A stretch of DNA of 64,000 bases. Source: Patescibacteria group bacterium. Lineage in GTDB: Bacteria > Patescibacteriota > Patescibacteriia > Patescibacteriales > JBAZCA01. Location of the stretch: positions 128,689 to 192,688 of the forward strand of contig JBAZCA010000003.1 in the NCBI GenBank assembly GCA_041671125.1. Direction: 5' to 3'. The notes below the pieces were generated by a model. That model was not told the DNA's origin, did no database searches, and worked only from the letters and a program-made list of their open reading frames with translations. A program made the translations under genes and the position numbers. Shown here piece by piece: positions 10,079 to 19,650 of this stretch; position 1 is the first letter of the stretch; the number at the start of each line of letters is the position of its first letter.

Positions 10079-10760
10079 ACAAGCTTTTTAATAAATAAAA
10101 GCCATTATCGGCTTAGCAACTTCTGCAGTTATTATAATTGAAAATATCCATAAATGCAAGCCGTTTGGCAGGAACGTAAAGGCTAAGTTAAAGTGTCGTA
10201 GCGGCTTGGCAGAAAATAAGAACCAATAAAAAAGGGGCCCAGACGGGCCCAAATAAAAATAAATTTTGTGGCCTATTGTCTTGAGCCCCAGCCCTAAGAG
10301 TTTATTCTTGGCCATCTTTATGATGGGTTAAGAAAATCCCTACCCTCAGGGTTTTGGGCGCAATTCTACCAACTTGGAATTTGCTCTCCTCTTACCGATC
10401 TTCAGCCAGATTTGGACTTTTTATGTTTGTCCATTCCAGCCGGTTTTTTTGTTTTTGTTTTTTTGCCGGTGTTGGCACCCGGCAGTTTAGATCAGTTAGA
10501 AGAGGTACACAACTGAATTCAATTGTGCATCCGGCTTACCGGATTAATAAATCCGAAAAAGCCAATAAATTGTCAATGCACTATCTATAAATAATTATAT
10601 CAAAATTGGGTACTTGAGTCAAACATCCGCAATAGTCTCGTGTTGTAGTTGCTAAAACTGAAATATTTTGCTAATATTAAATATTATAATGGCTTAACTG
10701 TGTTATTAAGTTATTTGTTTCGTACTTATGTCCAGAGAATCGTGGACATAAAATCATGAG

Positions 10761-10769
10761 TTATCCACA
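10761..10769 (+). promoter_or_regulatory. Perfect DnaA-box consensus TTATCCACA within a long AT-rich non-coding region
   Basis: Exact 9-mer. Near-boxes and TTATGTCYA/TRGACATAA palindromes are nearby. Confidence 0.3.
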
Positions 10770-10898
10770 GTTTCCACCGTCTGTGCACAGTTATGTCTAG
10801 AGTTTTGTAGACATAGTAAAAATTATGTTATAATACATTTTATCCAAAATATATTATAACCCTATCTCGTTAATCACCCAGGAGAAATTTATTTTTTG

Positions 10899-10969
10899 AG
10901 GCCAGGAGGGGAATCGAACCCCTGATAAAAGTTTTGCAGACTCTCGCCTTACCACTTGGCTACCTGGCC
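10899..10969 (-). tRNA. tRNA-Cys (anticodon GCA)
   Basis: Hand-folded: acceptor GGCCAGG/CCTGGCC, anticodon loop cuGCAaa, T-loop GGTTCGATTCC. Confidence 0.85.
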
Positions 10970-11067
10970 CTAAAAACAGGATATTGATTATTGGTTATTT
11001 GTTTATAAACATAACCGGCTTTTATTGTATTACTATTCAATATTACCAGAAATTAAACAAAAAACAA

Positions 11068-11094
11068 GTTAATAAAACCCCTTTGATGAGGGGT
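11068..11094 (-). terminator. Rho-independent terminator of the 3D-domain gene
   Basis: ACCCCT-6nt-AGGGGT stem followed by a T-run on the minus strand. Confidence 0.6.
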
Positions 11095-11129
11095 CTGGCA
11101 TGTTTTTCAGCTTAGAGAAGTTGATAGCT

Positions 11130-11711
11130 TTACTTTAAAATTTCAATTTTAGCGGTTTTTAGACCAAATTTAACGGCATCTTTGTGATTTAACATCCAAA
11201 CATCAACCCGGTCATGATAGCGGGAATTCATTCTATCTCTGACAATGAAAATCCGGTCGCCGAAAAGATCGGGAATGCGGACCCGGGTGCCAAAAGGTAA
11301 GGCATTGGCGGCGATAGTGTCTTCTATGCCGTGCTTGCAGACATTAAATCCATTGGCAGTCGTGCAGGGGTCGCCGTCACACTGCCCCACTTCTGAGTTA
11401 TAAGCGGTAATTTGAACAACCTTAACCTTTATTGGTGAGGTGTCTTTATTTATTGGAAGATTAGCTGTTGGAGTTGTGCTTTTAAGCGCAACTGGGATGT
11501 TTTGGCCTTCTAGTTCGACTAAATCAGTAATTTCCCCGCTAGCCGAAACTTCCGGTTCGACCTGGGCTAATACCGGCAGAGGAAATAGAAAATAATCAAA
11601 AACCAAAACAATCACCAAAAAAGAAAAGATGACTGTCTTGTGTTTTTTTGCTTTTCTGCTTAGATAAGCCAAAAAATCGCTAATTTTGTTTTTGTTTTTG
11701 TTTAAGTCCAT
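11130..11711 (-). CDS. 3D-domain (MltA/RlpA-like double-psi barrel) cell-wall protein with N-terminal TM anchor
   Basis: ITAYNSEVGQCDGDPCTTANG...FGTRVRIP...DRM pattern of 3D domains. Confidence 0.7.
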   Translation of the reverse strand: MDLNKNKNKISDFLAYLSRKAKKHKTVIFSFLVIVLVFDYFLFPLPVLAQVEPEVSASGEITDLVELEGQNIPVALKSTTPTANLPINKDTSPIKVKVVQITAYNSEVGQCDGDPCTTANGFNVCKHGIEDTIAANALPFGTRVRIPDLFGDRIFIVRDRMNSRYHDRVDVWMLNHKDAVKFGLKTAKIEILK

Positions 11712-12124
11712 ATTTGGTCTTGGTTGGCGGGACTCGTCTTGCGCTGTTTATTTTTATCCGGAAATATTTTTTGCTAATATTCCAATCTTTTTGTAATAAA
11801 AAAATCCCTATTCCTCACTTCTAATTGAGGCATAGGGATTTTCTTATCTTTCTTAATCATAGCAAGCTTATCAAAAAAAGTCAACCATGGCGGGGAAAAG
11901 TCCCAGCTTTACAATAAGCATTATTATTGATATAATATATACAAGATCAATCAAAAATAAAAAAAACGAGCGGATAGAAAGTCAGTTTTTCTGTCAAAAA
12001 AATAAAGAAAAGCAGAAGTTAAAACAAAAACAAAAACCACATGCAAAACCAAAACGCGGGCGCCGGACTTAGAAGTATCGGGAGTGTCAGCTGGCGCTAT
12101 TACAACTTAATAAGAAAGAAGGCA

Positions 12125-12388
12125 ATGGATAAGGAGCCGGGTTTTTCCGGGCTTCTTCTAAGCATGTCCATTGCTTTTTTTATTGTCATCGGCGGGGCTG
12201 AAGGTCTCAGTTTTACTTATAAAATATATAGCGGCGACCGCAACCCGGCCAAGGCTTTTAGGGAAGAGGCTGTCGGCGAAAAAAAGTTGATTAACAGGTT
12301 TGAAAATATTTTTCAATACGTTGCCAGGATCCGTGCGTTAAACGGAATAAATAATGCTTTGGCAATGGATCTGAAATCCGGAGCTTAG
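12125..12388 (+). CDS. Hypothetical small membrane protein
   Basis: ATG at 12125, one TM helix, terminator downstream. No motif found. Confidence 0.3.
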   Translation: MDKEPGFSGLLLSMSIAFFIVIGGAEGLSFTYKIYSGDRNPAKAFREEAVGEKKLINRFENIFQYVARIRALNGINNALAMDLKSGA

Positions 12389-12447
12389 CGGAATAATAGT
12401 ATTTAGTTAAGGAGGCTGTTCTTTAAAACAAAATTTCATTACCTACG

Positions 12448-12478
12448 AATCCCGCTTGATGGCGGGATTTTGTTGTTT
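12448..12478 (+). terminator. Rho-independent terminator
   Basis: AATCCCGC-loop-GCGGGATT stem followed by a T-rich run. Confidence 0.6.
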
Positions 12479-12625
12479 CGGGTAAATATTGTATAATGGC
12501 ATTAAAGAAAATTCGGACGGATTAATTTTTGAACTTTGAGCTTCGCTTGTCCTTCATGGCTTTCGCGCTTTCTGTCGTTTTAAAAATATACGCGCCAGAG
12601 GAGGGAACTTTTGAGCTAATTTATT

Positions 12626-15445
12626 ATGCATCTTGAGCGATTGGAAATTCAGGGGTTTAAATCATTCGCCAGTAAAAACATTCTCATGTTTCCCGACCCC
12701 AAGGGCGGAAGCAAAGGCATTACCGCTATTGTCGGTCCTAACGGTTCGGGAAAATCCAACATAGCCGACGCGGTCAGATGGGCTTTAGGTGAGCAGAGCA
12801 TGAAGACGCTTCGGGGAAAGAAATCCGAAGACGTTATTTTTTCTGGATCAGATAAAAAAGGAAAACTCGGCATGGCTGAGGTTTCTCTCTATTTTAACAA
12901 TGAGAATTCCGCGCGATTCGGGAAACGCGCCAAAGTCGGAAAAAATACTTTGCCGGATGAGATAGAGGATGGCAACCTGGAGAATGCCGGGAGCGCCGAA
13001 ATGGCCGGAAAAAAACCGGAAGCGGAAGAAAGCGAAATTGAATATTCGCAAGTCGTCCTGACCCGGCGGCTTTTTCGCGACGGGGAAAGTGATTATCTCT
13101 TAAACGGTTTAAAAGCCCGGCTCTCGGATATCCAGATGTTTCTCGCCAAAGCCAAGTTCGGCCAGCGCACCTACAGCGTTATCGGGCAGGGAACGGTAGA
13201 AGGTTTTTTAAACACCAGTCTGGCTGAGCGAAAAGAATTTTTTGATGAGGCAACCGGCGTAAAACAGTTCCAAATTAAAAGGGATGACTCTTTAAATAAG
13301 CTTCGGGCAAGTTTTGAAAATTTAAACCAGGCGAGCCTGCTTCTTGATGAAATTTCCCCGCGGCTCAGGACACTGACCCGGCAGGTGGAAAAACTGAAAA
13401 AAAGGGATGAAATTGAAGCGGAATTAAAAGAGCTTCAGCAAAAATATTACGGCCGGTTATGGCAGGAAATAAACGGAAAATTCAGCGAATACAACAGGCA
13501 ATTTCTTGAACTGGAAAAGGTAAAAAAAGAAAAAGAGAAAAAAATGGAGCTCCTTAAAAAGGAGCATATCCGGCTGGAAGCTGAAGGGGAGCGGGTAGGA
13601 GAAGCAGACTTTTCGCAAAAAGAATTATCCGATTTGCAGAGTGAAAAAGAAAAAATAGTCAGCGAACTCGCCCGGCTGGAGACGCGGGCGCAGATGAAAC
13701 TTGAGACTGAGGGTAAGTATGATCTTTCCTGGATGAAAGGGAAAATTGAGGAATTAAGCCGGGAATTGGTGAAAATTGAAGAAGAAAAAATAAAGACCGC
13801 GATAGAAGGGGAAGGATATTTTAATGAAAGAAACGGCTTGCAGGACGATTTAGACGGATTGAACGAAGAAATAAGGGAATTGGAAAAAAAATATCGGCAG
13901 GCTGGGGCCGAGTCGCTCGCCGGAGGCGAAAAAGCGATTTTAAAAAAAATTGAAATCCTCCTCGCGAAGATGGGGCGGATGGAATATGGTGAAGATTTAG
14001 CCGGATTAAAAAAAATCGTGGCCGAAATAAGGAACGAACTGGAGAAAATTATTTTCCGGAAGGAAGACGATGACGGCGGAATAAAAACGATTCAGGATGA
14101 ACTGGAAATGAAAATAAAATTCAGGGAAGAGTTGGCGGAGAAGACCGGCCGGATTTCCCTTAAAGCGGCAATGGCAAAAGAGAGGGAAAAGATGATTGTT
14201 GAAAAAGAAAAAGAAGCGCGAAACGAATTAGCGGGTTTTGAAAAAAAGATCCGGGAAGGCGGGAATGAAAAAAATAAAAGCGCCGGAGCTGAAGACGCAA
14301 AAAAATTAAAGGAAAAATTAACGGCGATAAACGCGAGAATCCTGGAAATTAAAGGAAAAATTGAAGCTATGTCCCGGGCTGGCGAAGAAGAGCGGAAGCA
14401 TCTTTTTAAAATTCAGCGCGCGATCCAGGAAGCACAAAATGAACTTAACGCTCTCGGCAACCGGCTTGGCGAGCTTCGGGTTTCGGCGGCTCGTTTTGAA
14501 ACCCGGCTGGAGGATTTAGAAAAAGAAATCAGGGAAAATTTTGTTGACATGAAAGGCGTAAAAAGCTGCCCGGCTTCGGATGGGGATTTTAACGCGCCGG
14601 TTGCGGAAGAGAAAATCAGCGTTTTAAAAAGGCAGATGGATTTAATCGGCGGACTGGATCTGGAAATAGAAAAAGAGTATTTATCAACCAAAGAGCGACA
14701 TGATTTTTTAAGCGAGCAGGCCGACGATCTGACCCGGGCGATTGCGTCGCTCGAAAAAATTATCCGCGAATTGGACGCCAATATTAAGGAGCGCTTTGAT
14801 CGGGAATTTAAAATAATCAGCGCCAAGTTTGAAGAGTATTTTAAAATTTTATTTTCCGGTGGCAGCGCGAAAATCGTTAAAATTATGGAATCGGCCCTGG
14901 ACGAAGCTCTGGAGGCCGGAAAAGGCGCGTCCGGGGAAGAAACGGCCGGAAAAAACAAGGGCTTTGACGCTGATCCGGACACCAAAGGGAAAAAAGCTGT
15001 TCCAGAAAAAGCAAAAAATCCGGTTAGCGAGCGATCGGCGGGACTGGATAAAATAAAGTTTTTACAGAAGCGCAACGCGACCGGCCTGGCCGGAATTGAA
15101 ATCCAAGCCACTCCGCCAGGGAAAAAAATTCGCTCCATTTCCATGCTTTCGGGAGGGGAAAGGGCTTTAACCGCTATCGCGCTAATCTCGGCCATAATCA
15201 GCGCCAATCCGTCGCCGTTCGTCGTTTTGGACGAAGTGGACGCGGCTTTAGATGAATCCAACTCAGAGCGCCTCGCGAAAATTTTAGATGACCTTTCCCA
15301 TAAAACTCAATTTATAGTTATTACTCACAATCGGGCTTCCATGCGCCGGGCTAATATATTGTATGGCGTAACCATGCAGGACGATGGCGCCTCAAAACTT
15401 CTTTCGGTAAAGCTGGAAGAGGCGCCGCAGGTGATTAAAAAGTAA
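12626..15445 (+). CDS. smc: SMC-family chromosome partition ATPase, short form without recognisable hinge
   Basis: Walker A GPNGSGKSN, FKSF start, signature LSGGE, Walker B VLDEVDAALD. About 650 aa of Glu/Lys coiled coil lies between the two head halves. Confidence 0.85.
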   Translation: MHLERLEIQGFKSFASKNILMFPDPKGGSKGITAIVGPNGSGKSNIADAVRWALGEQSMKTLRGKKSEDVIFSGSDKKGKLGMAEVSLYFNNENSARFGKRAKVGKNTLPDEIEDGNLENAGSAEMAGKKPEAEESEIEYSQVVLTRRLFRDGESDYLLNGLKARLSDIQMFLAKAKFGQRTYSVIGQGTVEGFLNTSLAERKEFFDEATGVKQFQIKRDDSLNKLRASFENLNQASLLLDEISPRLRTLTRQVEKLKKRDEIEAELKELQQKYYGRLWQEINGKFSEYNRQFLELEKVKKEKEKKMELLKKEHIRLEAEGERVGEADFSQKELSDLQSEKEKIVSELARLETRAQMKLETEGKYDLSWMKGKIEELSRELVKIEEEKIKTAIEGEGYFNERNGLQDDLDGLNEEIRELEKKYRQAGAESLAGGEKAILKKIEILLAKMGRMEYGEDLAGLKKIVAEIRNELEKIIFRKEDDDGGIKTIQDELEMKIKFREELAEKTGRISLKAAMAKEREKMIVEKEKEARNELAGFEKKIREGGNEKNKSAGAEDAKKLKEKLTAINARILEIKGKIEAMSRAGEEERKHLFKIQRAIQEAQNELNALGNRLGELRVSAARFETRLEDLEKEIRENFVDMKGVKSCPASDGDFNAPVAEEKISVLKRQMDLIGGLDLEIEKEYLSTKERHDFLSEQADDLTRAIASLEKIIRELDANIKERFDREFKIISAKFEEYFKILFSGGSAKIVKIMESALDEALEAGKGASGEETAGKNKGFDADPDTKGKKAVPEKAKNPVSERSAGLDKIKFLQKRNATGLAGIEIQATPPGKKIRSISMLSGGERALTAIALISAIISANPSPFVVLDEVDAALDESNSERLAKILDDLSHKTQFIVITHNRASMRRANILYGVTMQDDGASKLLSVKLEEAPQVIKK

Positions 15446-15465
15446 GAAAATAATTACCAATATCC

Positions 15466-16989
15466 ATGTCTTCCAAAGTATTCTCATCCGCCGTTATCGG
15501 GTTGGACGCGGAAGTAATTGAGGTTGAAGCTGACTTGGGCGGAGGGGAGCTCGGTAAATTCACTGTGGTCGGATTGCCGGACGCGGCCATTAATGAGTCT
15601 CGCGAGAGGGTTAAGAGCGCCATAAAAAATTCCGGCCTCTATTTTCCAAAACTTAAAGTAACAGTAAACCTCGCTCCGGCGGATTTAAAAAAATACGGCC
15701 CGAATTATGATCTGCCTATTGCCGTTAGCATCCTGATTCTTACTAAGGAGGTAAGTCTGGCCGAAGATATCGGAAAGATGATGTTTGTCGGTGAGCTAGC
15801 TTTGTCCGGGCGGCTCCGGCCGATAAACGGCGCGTTATCTGTTGCCATAAAAGCTAAAAAAGATAATTTTAAGCAACTGTTTGTCCCTAAAGAAAACGCC
15901 AAAGAAGCTAAGCTGGTCAGCGATCTTGAAGTTATTCCCGTAGATAATCTCGGGGAATTAGTAGAGCATTTAAGAGGAAAAAAATTGATTGAACCGGCAG
16001 AAACGTATGAATTTGATTTTGCTGAAGCGCCATCAATTTTTGATATGTCGCACGTGAAAGGCCAGGAACATGTTAAGAGAGCCATGGAGATTGCCGCGGC
16101 CGGAGCCCACAACGTCTTAATGAGCGGCGCGCCAGGATCGGGAAAAACTTTAATTGCCCGGACACTGCCTTCAATATTGCCGGAACTTACCCTGGATGAA
16201 GCTTTGGAAGTAACAAAAATTTACAGCGTAGCCGGAAAACTGCCGAGAAATGCCGCCCTGGTTATTACCCGGCCATTTCGGTCTCCTCATCATACGGCTT
16301 CAGGCGCCGCGCTTGTTGGCGGCGGAGCCTGGCCCCGGCCCGGGGAGATTAGCTTAGCTCACCGGGGCCTTTTATTTCTTGATGAATTCGGGGAGTTTCC
16401 GAGAAAAGTTCTTGAAAATTTAAGACAGCCTTTGGAAGACGGCGTTATTCACGTAAGCCGGGTAGCGGGAAACTTAAGTTTTCCCGCTAAATTCATATTA
16501 ATAGCGGCCATGAACCCGTGCCCTTGCGGATTTCTCGGGGATAAAGAAAAAGCATGTCAATGTTCTTCAAATCAGATTTTAAATTATAAAAAAGGTATAT
16601 CCGGGCCGATCCTTGACCGGATTGATATGCATGTTGAAGTGCCGAGAATAAAATTTGAAAAACTGGCCGGAGAGAGTTATGGAGAGACGTCATTAGAGAT
16701 AAAGGCCAGGGTGGAAACGGCAAGAACGGTCCAAAAGAAAAGGTTTGAGGGCTTGCCTTTTATAACTAATTCGGAAATGAGTTCCGAGGCGGTTCGGAAG
16801 TTCTGCCCGATTGACGCGGTTTCGGTTAATCTTCTCCGGGGGGCTGTGGACCAGCTTCATCTATCGGCTCGTTCCTATTTCCGGGTGTTAAAACTCGCGA
16901 GAACCATAGCCGATCTCGCCAGTGTAGAAAGGGTTCTGATGCCCCACCTCGCCGAGGCTCTCCAATATCGGCCAAAGTTGGATTATTGA
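15466..16989 (+). CDS. comM: YifB/ComM Mg-chelatase-like AAA+ ATPase
   Basis: Lon-like N-domain. GAPGSGKT Walker A. LFLDE Walker B. C-terminal Mg-chelatase domain. Confidence 0.9.
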   Translation: MSSKVFSSAVIGLDAEVIEVEADLGGGELGKFTVVGLPDAAINESRERVKSAIKNSGLYFPKLKVTVNLAPADLKKYGPNYDLPIAVSILILTKEVSLAEDIGKMMFVGELALSGRLRPINGALSVAIKAKKDNFKQLFVPKENAKEAKLVSDLEVIPVDNLGELVEHLRGKKLIEPAETYEFDFAEAPSIFDMSHVKGQEHVKRAMEIAAAGAHNVLMSGAPGSGKTLIARTLPSILPELTLDEALEVTKIYSVAGKLPRNAALVITRPFRSPHHTASGAALVGGGAWPRPGEISLAHRGLLFLDEFGEFPRKVLENLRQPLEDGVIHVSRVAGNLSFPAKFILIAAMNPCPCGFLGDKEKACQCSSNQILNYKKGISGPILDRIDMHVEVPRIKFEKLAGESYGETSLEIKARVETARTVQKKRFEGLPFITNSEMSSEAVRKFCPIDAVSVNLLRGAVDQLHLSARSYFRVLKLARTIADLASVERVLMPHLAEALQYRPKLDY

Positions 16990-17046
16990 GCAGTTAAATG
17001 CTATAATTGAAGAAAGGAAAATGTTTAATGATTAATAATCAATATC

Positions 17047-18444
17047 ATGCCAAAAAGAATAGCCGCCTTTCTATTAATTGCCGTTTTCATTTTGACTTCC
17101 GGTTTTGGCTGCGCGTTCCTTGATCCAGAAACGCAAAACGCCATGAAGCCGATTACCCTGAAATACTGGCGGGTATTTGATGGGGAAGATGCTTTTAACG
17201 AGATAATAAAAAATTATAAAGCCATCCATCCGTATGTAAGTATTGAATACCGTAAATTGAGATACGCCGAATATGAAAAAGAGCTTTTGGAAGCGATGGC
17301 CGAAGACAAAGGGCCGGATATTTTTTCCATTGGCAATTCCTGGGTCGGAAAATATGAATCAAAAATAGAACCGTTGCCGGAAAAAACAACCATGGTTTAC
17401 CCGGTAGAAAAAGGCACCCTGAAAAAAGAGATAATACCTGAACTCCGGAGCGCGAAGACTATAAGCTTGAAGGAATTTAAAGATCAGTTTGTTGATGTAG
17501 CGGTTGATGATGCCGTAGTTGGTATTAAAGACGGAGAAACCGGCAAGCTGAAAGAAACAATAATGGCAATGCCGCTTTCGGTTGACGCGCTGGCGGTTTA
17601 TTATAACCGCGACCTCCTTAATAATGCCGGTATTGCCGTTCCGCCAGCGTACTGGAACAAGGATTTTCAGGAAGCAGTAAAAAAATTAACCAAGCAGGAT
17701 ATAAACGGCCAGGTGATACAGTCGGGGATTGCCCTCGGCGGCGGGAAGAATATAGAGCGTTCAGGGGATATTTTGTCCGCGCTGATGCTACAGAATGGCG
17801 CTGTAATGATGAGCGACGGCCGGGTGACTTTTGACCGGATACCGGCGGCTTTTGCCGGTGAAAAATATAATCCCGGAATTGAGGCGCTTCGGTTTTACAC
17901 GGACTTTTCCAACCCAGCTAAAGAAGTTTATACCTGGAACAAGGATATGACCGGCTCACTAGACATGTTTTTGTCCGGCCGGCTCGCCATGATGGTCGGT
18001 TACGCCTATCATCTCCCGACTATAAAGTCCCAGGCTCCGAAGCTAAAGTTAGGAATCGCCAAACTGCCACAGATTGAAGGAAGCGGCCAAACCGTAAATT
18101 TCGCTAACTATTGGGTTGAGGTGGTATCAAAAAAAAGCGGACATAAAGACGAAGCCTGGGATTTTATCCAGTTCGCGGCTAAGGCCGAAAACGCGAAAAC
18201 TTATCTCGCGAAAACCGGAAAGCCGCCGGCTCTGCGCTCGCTTATTGACGAGATGAAAGAGGACGAAGAGACTGGGGTATTCGCCGACGAAGTTCTAACC
18301 GCGAAAAGCTGGTATCACGGGAAAGACGCGTTGGCCGTTGATGAAATAATGGCCGCGTTGATTGACGACGCGGCGACCGGAACGGATAAGATTGAAAATC
18401 TGATCAGCCAGGCGGCGACTAAGGTCCAGCAAACAGTAGATTAA
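17047..18444 (+). CDS. ABC transporter extracellular solute-binding lipoprotein (family 1, sugar-type)
   Basis: Lipobox LTSGFGC. Size and pattern match family-1 solute-binding proteins. Confidence 0.75.
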   Translation: MPKRIAAFLLIAVFILTSGFGCAFLDPETQNAMKPITLKYWRVFDGEDAFNEIIKNYKAIHPYVSIEYRKLRYAEYEKELLEAMAEDKGPDIFSIGNSWVGKYESKIEPLPEKTTMVYPVEKGTLKKEIIPELRSAKTISLKEFKDQFVDVAVDDAVVGIKDGETGKLKETIMAMPLSVDALAVYYNRDLLNNAGIAVPPAYWNKDFQEAVKKLTKQDINGQVIQSGIALGGGKNIERSGDILSALMLQNGAVMMSDGRVTFDRIPAAFAGEKYNPGIEALRFYTDFSNPAKEVYTWNKDMTGSLDMFLSGRLAMMVGYAYHLPTIKSQAPKLKLGIAKLPQIEGSGQTVNFANYWVEVVSKKSGHKDEAWDFIQFAAKAENAKTYLAKTGKPPALRSLIDEMKEDEETGVFADEVLTAKSWYHGKDALAVDEIMAALIDDAATGTDKIENLISQAATKVQQTVD

Positions 18445-18464
18445 TTGCGAATTATGAATTACGA

Positions 18465-18851
18465 ATGAAAAAATTAAAATATTCAATTCTTTTGTCCGTC
18501 ATCGGCTATTTACTGTCCGCGAATATTTCATCAGCGGCCATAATAGATGGTTTGGGATGCGCGACTGACACAACCGGGGCGACCAATTGTAGCCTTAACG
18601 ACTTTGTCCGCATCGGCTTAAACGCGGTTCAGCTAATTTTCGGGCTGGCCGGTTCTTTGGCCTTGTTATTCTTTATCTACGGCGGTATAATGTGGGTGAT
18701 TTCGGGAGGCAATCCGGATCGGGTGAAAAAGGGTCAGGACGCCCTGAAGAACGCGGTTATCGGCCTGGTAATTATTTTTACCAGCTACATGATTATTAAT
18801 TTTGTTATGACTACATTGGGATATAAAGGGACTTGGAATACTACTCCGTAA
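18465..18851 (+). CDS. Small secreted two-TM protein, TrbC/VirB2-pilin-like
   Basis: Signal peptide plus two hydrophobic helices flanking GGNPDRVKKG. Architecture typical of VirB2-like proteins common in CPR. Confidence 0.4.
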   Translation: MKKLKYSILLSVIGYLLSANISSAAIIDGLGCATDTTGATNCSLNDFVRIGLNAVQLIFGLAGSLALLFFIYGGIMWVISGGNPDRVKKGQDALKNAVIGLVIIFTSYMIINFVMTTLGYKGTWNTTP

Positions 18852-18854
18852 ACT

Positions 18855-19517
18855 ATGGTAAATTTTAAAGCGACAAAAATTTTAGCCGACTCCGAAGTCC
18901 TGGCCGAAGAATTTAAAGCGGCGCGCCGTAACCGGGGTTTAGGCGTTCCCGAGGCGGCCCGGAAATCGCAGATTGGGATTAAATACATTAAAGCCATTGA
19001 AGCCGGCCGATTAGAACTTCTTCCGGCCGGAATTTACCGGAAGAATTTTTTAAGGGAATACGCGGATTTTTTAGGGTTTGACTCAAAGGAGCTTTTAAAA
19101 AGTTTTCCCGAAGCGCAGGCTGATAGGGAAGTTAACAGCCCCTTTTCCTGCCGCGTCGCCCGAACCCGGACCATCATCATCCCAAAAATAATGAAAGGAA
19201 TCGGCGTTGCCGCCGTAGCCGTAACCTGCCTTTTTTATTTGCAGACCCGTTTTTCTATGGTGGTTTCGCCTCCGAGCCTTTCTATCGCTAATCCGTCCGA
19301 AGACATGAAGCTGGATGCCAGGGAAATTAATATAATCGGCATGACCGATCCGGAGACGGAAGTAACTATTAATAATAACCTGGTTTTAACCGGCGCTAAC
19401 GGCGATTTTTCCAAAATGATCAATCTGCGTGAAGGAATAAATGTTATTACCATAATCGCTAAAAATAAATTCGGCCCGGAAAAAAAGATTGTTAAGCAGA
19501 TTCTCGTAAGCGATTGA
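18855..19517 (+). CDS. RodZ-like HTH membrane protein
   Basis: N-terminal XRE-type HTH (AARKSQIGIKYIKAIEAG), central TM helix, beta-rich C-terminal domain. Confidence 0.55.
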   Translation: MVNFKATKILADSEVLAEEFKAARRNRGLGVPEAARKSQIGIKYIKAIEAGRLELLPAGIYRKNFLREYADFLGFDSKELLKSFPEAQADREVNSPFSCRVARTRTIIIPKIMKGIGVAAVAVTCLFYLQTRFSMVVSPPSLSIANPSEDMKLDAREINIIGMTDPETEVTINNNLVLTGANGDFSKMINLREGINVITIIAKNKFGPEKKIVKQILVSD

Positions 19518-19589
19518 TTTTAATTATATGGCGTGGTAGGCTGGGCAAAGATTGTTTATAGTTAATAATTATTATAGCTAATTGTAAAA

Positions 19590-19645
19590 TTGATCATTGA
19601 TTACCTGCCTCGCCGGCAGGCGGATTAATCATTGGTTATTGATTG
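19590..19645. repeat. Short-word/palindrome element in the recA leader (same 20-bp core as in copA)
   Basis: CCTGCCTCGCCGGCAGGCGG at 19604-19623, flanked by ATTGATCA/ATTGATTGAC words. Confidence 0.8.
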
Positions 19646-19650
19646 ACTAT

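Noticed and set aside
10088-10590. ORFs 10088-10315 (minus strand) and 10354-10590 (plus strand), and an attempt to call RNase P RNA or tmRNA here
   Set aside because: The ORFs have no motifs and odd composition. For RNase P I found isolated look-alike fragments but could not pair a P4 helix or find the GGAAAGUCCGG core. No tmRNA tag frame ending in LAA or tRNA-like 3' end is present. The region is left unassigned.
11887-12072. 61-aa Lys-rich ORF
   Set aside because: The low-complexity KQK repeats arise from an A-rich spacer. There is no start context, and it overlaps the next ORF's upstream region.
14413-15261. 282-aa ORF antisense to smc
   Set aside because: It lies entirely inside a well-supported gene. 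Its low-complexity Ser/Phe/Leu-rich translation mirrors the GAA/AAG-rich coiled-coil codons. No start context or motif is present.
19563-19574. Palindrome TAATAATTATTA upstream of recA as a second operator for the LexA-like domain
   Set aside because: It only loosely resembles TATAATAcTATTATA. AT-only palindromes of this length are expected by chance in AT-rich promoters. I kept it as a note only.
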